Assembly: GCA_977030845.1 (NCBI GenBank)
Contig: OZ365110.1
Location: 17,856,001-17,920,000 of the forward strand
Length of the DNA: 64,000 nucleotides
Direction: 5' to 3'
Origin: Fimbriosthenelais zetlandica
Taxonomy: Eukaryota
The translations under genes and the position numbers were made by a program. The notes under the pieces were generated by a model. It had not been told where the DNA came from and ran no database searches. It was given only the letters and a program-made list of their open reading frames with translations. This document shows positions 26,340 through 37,944 of the stretch, in pieces; within the stretch, counting starts at the first letter, position 1, and each line of letters begins with the position of its first letter.

Positions 26340-26634
26340 TACGAATATAAGGCTGAAATAGGTGCTTCCAATACTCGTTCTTCATAATCTTATACTAAGT
26401 TGACCTCTGCAGACGGCCTTGACCCCTTGACCTACATAGGTGACATCATTATCCCAGAATTCCCTCCATCGCCATGGCTGTTTGTGCTATGTCGAAATTT
26501 CTCCTTTGAATTTCGCAAATATTGCTTGTTCTGGTTTACTAAAATGAGAAGACACTACGCGGAGAACACGAGAAGAATCTTTGCGCGCACCAAGTGCAAG
26601 TCTACCAAGCTCGTCGCTTCGCCTGAATCCCGGA
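26340..26634. promoter_or_regulatory. Probable bidirectional promoter RNF24-like/FBXW4
   Basis: A minus-strand donor (TTC|GTAAGT) near 26343 and an acceptor at 24086 suggest a non-coding first exon of the RING gene facing away from the FBXW4 ATG. A YY1-like GCCGCCATATT lies at 26903-26913. Confidence 0.45.
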
Positions 26635-29600
26635 ATGGATGGCGAAGTGGATCGTTCAGGGAGGGAGGAGGTCTCTTCTCTACTGGCCCTTCCTGATGAT
26701 GTTATTTATGTTTTTCTCTCATATTGTGACCTTCAAAGCCTCGGACGGCTAGCGAGGGCATGCAGGCGACTGAATCGCCTCGTCAAAAAGGAATGTGTGT
26801 GGATTTGGATGAGCAAACGTCTGACTGTTGTCCACGATTCCCGACGCAACATGACGGGCAGGTAAGTCACCTTTCTCGGTAGCACTGATTGGTGTTCCAC
26901 GGGCCGCCATATTGAATGTCACGGTCCATTGGTTGGCCATCTTGAATCTTGTTTGTAAACAAAGGCTGCTGCCATGTGCGTGGTTCTACTATTATCTATG
27001 GTGGCATGAAGTGGGCGTGGCATGCTCAACTGACAAACGTAGGGCCTATAGGTCTGAAATCTTATGGTTTATCCGTAATTAAATTTGATATTTACAATTA
27101 CAAAGAACAAGTCCTTTCAAAGTTTAATAACTTTTCATTTTAATAAAAATTGCATTGGTTTAATCATTTTCCCACGACGTTTAGATCACAGAAAGATTTC
27201 TAAACCATTTTCTCTGAATTACAGGCCACATAAGAACATGCGTGTACGTGAACTGTGCCGCCGAGCGACCAACTGGAGAAGAGGCCATGGTAGAGATATC
27301 AGGCAGATTCATCACCCAGTCAAGTAAGTGTCTGCGATTGCACAATCCAAATGATTTGTCTGTGTTTGCGCAACCTATCTTTCTATCTATCTATCTGTTT
27401 GTCTGTCTATCTATCTATCTCTCTGTCTCTCTGTCTAATTATCTATTTATTTACTTATTTATTTATTCAAATTTCATTCATTTGGGCGTTAAAGTGACAT
27501 TGAGTGCAGGTCAATAAGAACATTAAGCATACAGTCTGTTCACTCTAAGACTAAGTTGACCCGAAAGCACCATACATTTGTACATGTACTGTGGTTTCGG
27601 ATCAACTTTTTTGTAGACCGTCAAGCTTGGCGGTCTATACATTAAGTTAGCTTTGTTTATAAGTACTATATACCGGTACTCATGAGTTTTAGTAGAATTT
27701 GAGTGAATGCTATGGTCTGTCCAAAATAAGTTGATCCAAAACCACCATACATTTCATTTGTACTGTGGTTTAGGATCAACTTATTTTGGACAGACTATAG
27801 TATAGGCCTAGTCGAGGCAAGTCCCAACAAGTATGTACCTACCGTACATCTAATATATGACTAATGAGAGAAGTATGTTTACAGATCATCAAAATTATAA
27901 TGTATTTATTGTCAATTCTTTCACAGCGACTACGGTTGTGTATGATAGATCTATATTATATTTAATTTATTCGGGGAGAAATCAGGGATGAATCATAGGA
28001 TTTTGTTTCTGTCTATGTAAGCTGGAAGCCCGCATTTGACATAAATCACTAAAACAAAATCAATAAAATTCTACAATAAAAATATTGAAAGATATTCACA
28101 GGACATTATCAACATCCTAAAATGTTCTCCTTTGTTTTCCAGGCAGTTACCTTGGCTCCAACAAGATGATCACTACTTCTGGATATCCTACAAGAATGTG
28201 ATACGCTGCTATGTTCAGTGTCATCATGGTCATCTTCAAGAATTACCAGAAAAGACACTACCTTATCACATAGATGACGTGTGTAGATTCGTCAGTAAGG
28301 ATGGCTGCTTGCTCAGTGGCTCCAGGTAAACTATATAATAACTTACCGGTACCACATTATAGTGCCTGCATGTATTATATGTATATATATCTTTTCGTCC
28401 CTGTCACCAAAAAACGCATGTTTTTCATTTTGAACGGGAATTTAAATAACCCTCCTACATGTATACATGTCCATTACAGGACGCGAAAAAAATTATAAAG
28501 AACCCCATATTCACAAATACTAGCGCGAACACAAGTTTATCTCAGCAATGAAAAATATGTAAATCATAGCCATAGGTTATCTATATTCAGTGTAAAATAA
28601 TGTATCCATCCGGTCCATAAACTAGCTGGGGCCTGGGAAAAGTCAGAAAACTACACTTATATAATTATATTAATGTGTATTCTAGTGTTAACTGTTAAAG
28701 GGGTACTGTCACGAAGACGCAATGAATACTAAGTGGGTCCATCCCTATGACCTTATCGTTAAGGGGTATGCCCCTCCTATGTATGTCCTTCAATATTCTT
28801 ACTAACCGTATGACGACCGTACATTGATTTACGTTAAGCTCAAAATGAAGCAGGCCATCCTGGAGATCATTGCGCCTCCGTGATAGTACCCCTTTAAATT
28901 ATGGTTTGAAATTAAATCGAGATTAACTCGAAGTACAGTCGTAAGAAATAACAATTTTTTTTAATTATTTTAATCCTAACAGAGGTGGTGGGATGTGCCT
29001 GTGCAGCGCCGATACAGGAGATCTGGTATGGTCCATTCGGCGAGCACACACTAGTGACATCCAAGCAGTTGATTTCCATCAGAATATTGCCATCTCTGGC
29101 TCCAGAGACAGTACACTTAAGGTAGGCATCAAATACCTGTAGTAGTACATCTCAACTTTTTTTAAACCACATATCTTTGAAATTTTCGGAAAACTAACAT
29201 TTTATGTTTTTCTTCAGATCTGGGACATGACGAGTGACGATGAAGCAGAAGTCCTTCTGCAAACGATTGTAACCAATGATCGTGTTTGGTCCATTGCTAT
29301 GAGTCCCGATGGCAGGTGAGTTACCATTCTTTGCATCAAATATCTAGCGTATATATTCTCTCTCTAACTCCATCTATCTACCACACACACATACAATCCA
29401 TCCCATACTCACTCATTCATATTTTACATTTATAAATCATACAAATGTTTAGTATTGTTTATGTCCACTTTAATATTTCCAGCTCCTTTGTCTCAGGCAC
29501 CGCTGGAATAAATTATGTTCCACCACTCAGAATGTGGGACACACACACGTAAGTATGATTTTTTCTTGTGGTCCCTATTCATTTTAACCCACTGCTTAAA

Positions 29601-30501
29601 ACAGCAATAGAAAGTGCCGGTATCTGATGGAAAGATCACTCATTTAAAAACATACCTTATAACCTTGTGGCATTACCAGTGAGGATTGGAATCAATTAAC
29701 TTTCCAACATGAAAATTTGATCTGATTATTTCACAGGGGACAGTTGGTTGGTAATCTTGGCGACAGATACAAGAATGGCGCCGGAGTCTTAGACATACAG
29801 TACGAGACAAATGATATCCTCTTGTCCTGTGGATATGACACATTTATTCGTATGTGGGACCTGCGCTGTTCATTCTCCAAATGGTAAGTCATTATAAATT
29901 CTCGTGTTACAATGTATTAAGTTATTATTATTATTATTTAATTACATTGAGTTTCTAGAAAGATATTAGATAAACATTGTGTGGCCTATCTGGATCTGGC
30001 CAATTTAATATTGGATTATTATTGCAATAATTCAATACATTATAATAATGCATGTTAATTAATTAAAATGAAATTAATTTTTTCAGTGTCAAGTACTGGG
30101 AAGAACCGTTTGACTCGACCATTTACTGTGTGAGGACAGATCATCAGAATGCTATAGTATCCGGTACAGCTCGCCATGGTTTGGTACGACTCTGGGACAG
30201 ACGGATGACGGAACCTGTTCAGGTATGAATTCCATCCTTCATTCATTGGACAATCTATCAACAGGGAGAATGAATTTTCTACCTTTTATGTATTGTATTT
30301 TTAAATTAAAAAATTTAAATTTAAATTAAAAGATTTAAAATAAAATTTTATCGTTATACATTTGTACATATGGGCTTATTTTTACAGATGTATTACACTG
30401 GGAAGTCAAGCAGTCCGGTATACGCCATGGCTTTTGACACCGCTCACCTATATGTAGCTCTGGATAAAGGTATCCACATGATTGATTTCAGTCTGCGTTA
30501 A
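26635..30501 (+). CDS. FBXW4: F-box/WD40 protein 4 (dactylin)-like, 402 aa
   Basis: Exons 26635-26861, 27225-27323, 28143-28325, 28983-29121, 29218-29315, 29483-29548, 29737-29883, 30087-30222, 30388-30501 (1209 nt). F-box LLALPDDVIYVFLSY, WD repeats (SGSRDSTLKIWD, SCGYDTFIRMWDLR) and C-terminal SPVYAMAFD. Confidence 0.88.
27378..27470. repeat. Compound microsatellite (TATC/TCTG/TTTA)n in FBXW4 intron 2
   Basis: Directly visible simple repeats. Confidence 0.85.
27553..27800. mobile_element. Two related hairpin MITEs (27553-27608 and 27710-27800) in FBXW4 intron 2
   Basis: Copy 2 arms TATGGTCTGTCCAAAATAAGTTGATCCAAAACCAC and its complement match 33/35 with a 19-nt loop. Copy 1 has the same core (16/18) and a similar loop. 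TA-flanked, (C/T)AGTCTG ends resemble Tc1/mariner. Confidence 0.65.
28695..28897. mobile_element. Kolobok-type MITE (TTAA target duplication) in FBXW4 intron 3
   Basis: TTAA-AGGGGTACTGTCACGAAGACGCAATGA ... TCATTGCGCCTCCGTGATAGTACCCCT-TTAA. TIR about 27 bp with 3 mismatches; AG termini. Confidence 0.7.
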
Positions 30502-32395
30502 TTATCAGGGAAGGAACCATTTTAAAGCCGAGTGTGAATCGTTGATGTCAAGAAACCAAATTGACGAGAGAACATCAGGGATACCATAGTTGTGATTAAG
30601 GATCAAAGTCAATTGTAGAATCTCAACGCTAAAAGATTGTACGCTTCATAATTTTATTATTTTGTTCTGTACGCCATGGTAAAAAAATGCCTGCTGGTCA
30701 AGGAAGATTTTAAGTCTAGTATATATGCGCATGTTCGGTTTAAAGAATAACCTGTCTATATCGATAGACATGTATATATGTCTAAGTTTCCCAAAGAATT
30801 TATGAACTGATGATCGGCATGTTGTCAGAAAATTTAACCTTGTCAAATTTTTTTTTTTTTAATTTGGACGCCGACGATTGATCTTTATATCCTAATATTC
30901 AGTTGTTGTATGTTTACTTTAATATTATTTACTCCGAGCCTTTCTGTTATAAAACATATTGTACAAGTAGTTCCTTTGGATTCGTGTAATGGAGAATTCG
31001 TTTTACCTAATGCCATATCTTGTCCAATGAATGCTCTCATCTGCAGTAGAGCATTGAAAAGATGTCAACTGTTAAATTGGAGATTTGAAAACACCTGATA
31101 AACCCTTATTTAGGACGATATTAAACTAAAACTGCATCCCAGATATAATTTCCTCGTTAGACACTTAGCGATAGTGATAAATAAGACATTTGCCCATTAT
31201 CAGTCCCTTTTTTGGGGAAAGAACATAAATTTGGTAAACTGCAAAATACCGGTGAACTGTCGGGAGTGGTTTAGTTTCTGATCCGAAAATGAAATGTCCT
31301 GATGGTGATATTTGCTTTGTGGCATGTATCTCAAAATAATTGATGGCTGGTATTTTCCCCTTCATAATCGGTGAGCCTAGTTATGTTGGGAGTTACTTTA
31401 TGGTACAGTTATTTATTGTGCAGGTCTCACGATTATCATACCAAACTTCATATATTTCCATTTAGGTAAAGAAAAGGCATCTCAATATAATTTATTTCTT
31501 TTTCAAATAGTTTATCTTGATGGGCAGTAGTTACTAACTCTACTGCGATTATTTATGAGAAGGTAATATTTATTCCACTTTTCCGGGGCTCACAACGTGA
31601 GGTCCAGAAATTGTAATATCTGAGAGCACTAAATGTGACCTATAATTCCATAAATATTTAATGCTGTCTTCATGGAGTGACATTGTGCATTGATTTGACA
31701 GTGAACATGCAAATTTGTATTAGTAAGCACAGTCATTGCTGGTTTTCAATCTCCAATCAATTGGAAAAGTGTTATATTATCCATCTTGATCTTAAAATAT
31801 TTTGTTGTAAAGAAATTGTGTTGGTCGTTAAAATATTATGTTTAGTGAAGTATTATATATTTAAAAAATGTTTAACCAGTTGCTAAGGAGGAGTATTTCA
31901 CTAGTGTTGATCAGAGTTTGAAATCAAGATTGTATTAATTATTATACACATGTAGCACGTTTGACTGTTGTGCATCCATAATGAGACATAATTATTTATT
32001 CCAATTTTGTATCCTCGTCTTCTCTATAGACACTAATGAGATTACGTAATTAATCTTGTAACCCTCGGTTAGGGAGATTAGAAGTCATATATTTCAATCC
32101 TTAATAAGATTCAGAGTTTTATATTTTAGTGATTTTTATCTGCTACCCTTGTAGTAAAATGTATATTCCTATCCTCGACGGGTAGGTTAAATACATTAAG
32201 TACCAGGATTCAAACGGTATAGATTGCTGGATTTATTAAAACCCAGAATAAAAATTGTCCATTCAGATGAGCTCAATCTTTTGTCAATTTTATTGCTTGA
32301 TGACAATTTTGATTTTTTGGGGAGATTTTACAGTATATTTCCATCCTATCAAACCATCAACAAATGCTGATAGTTTTGTGCTTAACGGGATCCCG

Positions 32396-33895
32396 TTAAT
32401 TGCGCCAGTCTGTCACATCATCGATCCAGGCGCGGAAGAAGACGATATTGGTGAAGACACTGGGCTTGGTCACGTCACAACGGGCGCCGTACCAAGACTG
32501 AACACCTGCCAGGTACCACTCACCGGCCACCTTACACACCAAGGGTCCTCCTTCATCTCCCTACAATGTACAACATTTAATAGTGATATTATGTGAATAT
32601 ATATAATGTACCAAGGAATCGAGACGAATCAATATCAGAGTATCAAGACTTGTCTTTAGTCTTGATTTCTTTACACTTGATTTCTTTACACAAGTGTTAA
32701 AACACTTCAGACATGCAGATTTCTTTAGCGGTCATATTTTTCAAGTCGGGGTGCCATCAGTAAAGCGCACTTTCGTTAACTTTTAACAGGTGCGCCTCCA
32801 CCCGCTTCTGTAAATTTAATTGTTAATAGACTCACCCCGCAGGCTGAGATGTCTCCCTTGCCCTTGGCACATACATGTCCCCTGTTAATGACTTCGTCCG
32901 CGTGCAGCTGAGCACACTGGTCATTTGAAATCATTGTCATTGAAGCTTCGTTAAGTTTATCTTGATCAGGCTCCAAAATACCCGATTTGATTTGTCCCCA
33001 ACCCAGCAGAGTGCAGGTCTGACCAGTGAAATCATCACTAGGATTGGGCAGTCTGATTTTGGTGATGAATGTATTTTTCTGGTTAGCCTCACGTACCAAA
33101 TACAATAAGGCAATGTCTGCGATGTTGGATCTTCCTTCACTTTCGAACCAATAATGCTGCAGGGAGAGTCATATGTATTGCATAATTATATTGCTAAAAA
33201 GTAAGCCTGTTTGTTTACAAGTTACGTTCGAGGGAGCAAAGTTGGAAATATTGCATACATGAGGGTAAGATGTCAATTATATTAGCCACAATAAGTACGG
33301 AAGTGCAAGTACTTTGCAATAATAAACTCCTCAATATATGAGTTCCATATAAGAATAAAAGAATAAGAAATGAACTGAAATACTAGCCCTTTCGATTGCC
33401 TCAACTTTGTACCATTCTGGTTGCCCATATATCCCTGTTCTCCAACGATCATAAATTCCCAAAGCGACCTCATATCTATTTCTAAGGACGAATTTTCGTT
33501 ATATGCATAATGGTAATTACACACAATATGTTTTGTAAATTATAAGCAGTGACACATTTTAACCTAAAAGAGATTCATGGACCTAGACCCACATGGGAAA
33601 TATTGGTGATATTACAAATGTACTTAAGAGTAAAGTGGATTTATACTTACAATGTGCCAGATGCTACACAGTGTGCAGATGTTACAACAAAATATTCGTG
33701 GATCAAAGCACATGCGCATTTGTGAGCTCCATTGAATTCAAGACTCCCAACGAATGTATAGGTGGTATCTGATTCCACCACTTTCCCTCCTACAATGAAA
33801 GCATCTTCGACCGATCCCCCTGAAGATCTGTGGGCGAGGAAAAGCAGACTTGTCCAAAATGCAATCACAAAAACATCAACATTGACACCAGCCAT
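32396..33895 (-). CDS. Secreted S1A (trypsin-fold) serine protease homolog, predicted catalytically inactive (GDEGGP), 274 aa
   Basis: Exons 33895-33651, 33481-33388, 33156-32836, 32560-32396 (825 nt). Signal peptide, IVGG mature N-terminus, TSAHC (His57), ADIALL (Asp102), and GDEGGP in place of GDSGGP. The exon 2 donor is non-canonical (see findings). Confidence 0.88.
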
Positions 33896-34517
33896 ATTAT
33901 AGCCTAGTTATACAACTGTGCAACTTGGAATAAAAAATTAACTTAAACTAGTACTAAAACACACATACATAATATCGGTGGGAAAGCGACAGTCCTTTAT
34001 TATAGGCCGAGATAACATTATGCTAAGGTTAATCTTATCGGTGAACGTAGGCCTATATGCGATCCTCTGGAAGCATTCGAAAGAATAATTAGACTAATTT
34101 GCCCATGCTGTAACACCCCTAAAAAAAATCCTGTATACAGCCCTGAAATTAGTGTTTATAGCGAGCTCTGACAGGAAGAGAGAATGAAGAGAGAACCTAT
34201 CGGGAGAGAGGCGAATAATTAGGCTATGACGTCATTCAACCTCGTGTTCTCTCCGCTCGCTTTTCGAAAGTTGCAGGTAGGCCTCATTCCGAAACTTTGA
34301 TTTGAAATATTCTATATTTATCCTTTATCTGTCAATGCATCCTTCGTCATACCGATTAATCCAGTATCCAAGTCCATTCTGGTCCATAGAAAATGAAAGA
34401 ATCTATTATCTCACGTTTATAATTCTGTTTGAACGGTGAGTGAATGTGAGCGTTGGGTGGAAAAGAGGCCATTTTTTTATCACAGTCAGTAAACAAAGCC
34501 TATACTAATCAGGTTTT

Positions 34518-35892
34518 CAGGGGCGTAGGAAACAGGGGGGCCACAGGGGCCATGGCCCCCCTACCAAAAAGTTTGGGGGGGCCAGCATATGGTTTGGCCC
34601 CCCTACCAATTTATCGATATAATTGCATGTAAAGTCATGTTCTACACCACATGTGGAACCATGCATTGGCAAGCATACATAAATTGTGTATACTTGTGGT
34701 TTCACCGTCATTTGGGTAAATCATTGTATTGTTCCACTATTGTGACACTAACTCTCCATCTGTAACTGGAGTTAATCTACTGAAGCCAACGCTTATCATT
34801 CCAGTCATTTTATGCGTCCATGACCGACTTTCTCTTTCCTTAAAGGTCTAAACTCCACACCCATCCCTACCCTTTCTTTCAGCATCTATTCTATATCTGC
34901 TTTTCTACAACTCTTGTTCAATCTGCCACAGAATTTGTCACAAAATCAATGGAGTCTCGGATTTAGACACCGGAGAATTAGACACCAAGGTAATGAGACA
35001 CTGGGCAATTAAACACTGGGCAGCTGTATAATTAGCCACCTGACAATATTAACACCCAGGTAATTAGACACCAAGGTAATTAGACACTGAATAATTGGAC
35101 ATCCTTATAATTAGACATAGGACAATTAGACGCCCAGATAATTAAACACTGGACAATTAGACGCCCAGATAATTAAACACTGGATAATTAGACAGCCGGA
35201 TGATTAGACAATGAACAATTAGACACCCAGATTATTGGGCACTTAACAATTAGACACCCAGATCATTAAGACACTGGACAATTAGATGCCCAGATAATTA
35301 GACAATTAGAGAAAATTGAGTTGTACGAGATGATGTCCTAGGGGTCCAGAATAAAAACGACCACTGAAAAAAAATTGTTCTTTTCTTCTCGAGTAAAATA
35401 TTTTCTCTACCTTAATTAGAGAAAATTGTCCAAAAGTATCTAATTGTCCGTATATATGCCATTTTCCAGGTGTCAAATTTTCTGAGTGTCTAATTGAATG
35501 GTGTCTAATAGTCTGTGTCCAATCATGCAGTGTCTAATTAGCCAGGTGTCCAATGATCCAGTGTCTAATTGTCCGGTGTCGACTCTCTAATTTCTGGGTG
35601 CGAAATTCTCCTCGTGTCTAATTGTTTGGTGTCCAATTGGCCGGTGTCTAATTATCCAGTGTTTAATTATCCAGTGTTAATTAAAAAGAAATTAAAAAGA
35701 TTAAATTTAAGCTGTAATTCAGAGCCGTGCTTTTGTGTCTAAGTACTGGGTGCCCTGAGGGCTATAGTCCCCACTATAGGGACTGATTGCCCAAACCCAT
35801 GTATATATGTTGGGCTGCCTGGGTGCCTAGCTGACACTGCCTATCTAAGTGAAACTGGCCCCCCTACATTTCAGTTGCTTCCTACGCCCCTG
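34518..35892. mobile_element. Non-autonomous DNA element with CAGGGGCGTAGG terminal inverted repeats (hAT-like termini)
   Basis: Perfect 12-bp TIR at 34518-34529 and 35881-35892. GTTTT flanks both ends, but no 8-bp TSD is visible. No transposase ORF. Confidence 0.55.
34960..35680. repeat. Foldback array: about 15-16-nt AATTAGACAC-based tandem units, inverted across a short spacer
   Basis: The left arm (about 34960-35310) reads (GAC/GAT)AATTAGACAC units, including an exact 31-nt dimer at 35121-35182. The right arm (about 35420-35680) reads GTGTCTAATT units. Confidence 0.85.
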
Positions 35893-36099
35893 GTTTTTTA
35901 GACTAATGTTGAATGATTTAACTAAGGCCCCTAAGATTTAAATTTATAACTTTGGTAGAACGCATGCCGAACAATTAATGGTTATCATGATATTTTTTAC
36001 TCTGGCCGGTCTGATACAAAGTTTAGTTGACAGTAATCAGTGGGTGTCAACATTCGTGACGCAGACAAAGTTATGAGTATTGACAAACCCATTTGTTTT

Positions 36100-37000
36100 G
36101 TTAGGGATCGATACGTTAGCCGATATAACCTAGGTTTAGGCCTATATGCACTAGATTTTACCAATATAATATTAGGGCCTAGGCCTACAGGCCTAGTTCA
36201 TACTATAGGCCTAACAGCCTATATAGAGCCTAGGGTTGTGCGAGTCCTCTACTGGGAACATAGGCCTAACCATGCATGCATAAGCATGTCACTTTCTTGA
36301 CAACGATGCTATAATTTTTCTGGTCGGTCTCCATCGAATTTTGGTATTTATGCCAAATTATTTAAACCGGATTTCTTATAACAATAGGCCTAACAATATA
36401 ACAATAGGCCTAATAGACCTAACATAGGCCTAATGATAACATATCGTGCATACGCCTATTTACTCCTGGTCATTCCTTAGGCCTATTCAAGTGACTATCT
36501 AGGCCTAGGCCTATAGCATTTTGTTACAATATCACTCTACTAGCCTACATGTATGCCTTAGGCCCTAATAGTCTAGGCCTATTTCCATTATAGGCCTATA
36601 GCATAGGCCTAGATCCATAGGTTTAGGGCCTAGGCCTAGATTTAAAAGTCTTCTCCTGTGATATCGAACCACAAATTCTAGGCCTACGTTCGCGGCAGAT
36701 CCTATCGAATGCCTCTATAGGCCTATAAGCCTAAATAGGTCTAATGCACATCACTAGGCCTATAGGCATGCGATCTAGGACCCTAGGTTTATTTACTAGG
36801 CCTTTTTATTTTCTCCTTATATTCCCGGTTAGAATAAAAGCATTAATTGAAATTTTTTTACTAGGCCTATTTTAGGGCCTACTAGGCCTATAAACTAGGC
36901 CTAGGGGACCTGACTTGTTTTCACTAAGTGAGTCTAAAGTCGCACAGGGCCATTCAGTAATAGCCTACGTGCCTAGGCCTACACAAGATATTTATTTCTC
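36100..37000. repeat. TAGGCCTA-rich palindromic low-complexity tract
   Basis: Roughly 20 TAGGCCTA octamers by eye within 0.9 kb, irregularly spaced. Confidence 0.8.
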
Positions 37001-37944
37001 TTAACATTTTAACAATAAAAGCAATTTTTTTTACTATTTTTGTGACAATGTGAGTGAAATTCAGAGAAGTTAAACTTTGTGCGTGTTATCCCTTCAAGAT
37101 TAATTTATTTCCAGTTGAACAGAAAATATTGTGTGAAATGGATAGATCAATACTTTTTTTTTTTGCATTTATATAAAAAATGTAAAACATTTGCACACCT
37201 CCATGTGCCTATAGGCCTATTATAAATGGTATGATGGCATAGCCCTATCCCCACTCCCATTTTCCCTCGTGGTGGGCTTTTAAATTAGCCAGCCATAGAA
37301 TTTGTGCAGTGCTACCTGAATACGATATGCACGTCTTGGACCGAACAAAGACACTAACAAAATCTCCATTAAATTTTGACTGATTAAACCTTAACCGGAA
37401 GGGCAATGTGAAACACGGACGCGAATTTATTGACCGTATTTCTAATTCGGATCTGATTTTCTATGCAACAAGACACGTTCTTCAGGTGCCGATAACTGAA
37501 TTTTTTTTCATGTTTTGTTCCACGAAGGCAATACCAATCAATATGGCGGCTCAGCTTAGTTACGCCTGACGCTTGTCGGAGTTTTGAAGGTTTATCAGGA
37601 TTTCCCTCTTTTTAAAAAAGTTGTCGAAGTAAGTTAAAGACTTGTGAAGCTTTATTCCATCCTAGACATGTCAGATATGTATGTATCTTGGCCCATCTCC
37701 CTCTAAGATAAGAATTTCTAGGGACTAAATGACTGATAAGTAGGCTATCCCGTATCCGTAATCCGGGCTGTCCCAGTGCGGCAGTGGCAGTGGCAGTGAC
37801 TGGCCCTGCAGACCCGTGCAAGTCTGGACTAGACTTGACCTATAAGTATTGTGACAATCAGTCCGCCTATTGGGAAGACATTATTTTTGTACTCGGTGGA
37901 TAATGAAATAAGCTATTTGGATACGTCCGAAAACCAAAGGAAAA

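Noticed and set aside
34960-35680. Repeat array considered as CRISPR
   Set aside because: Eukaryotic context, 15-16-nt contiguous degenerate units with no unique spacers, inverted arms, and no cas genes.
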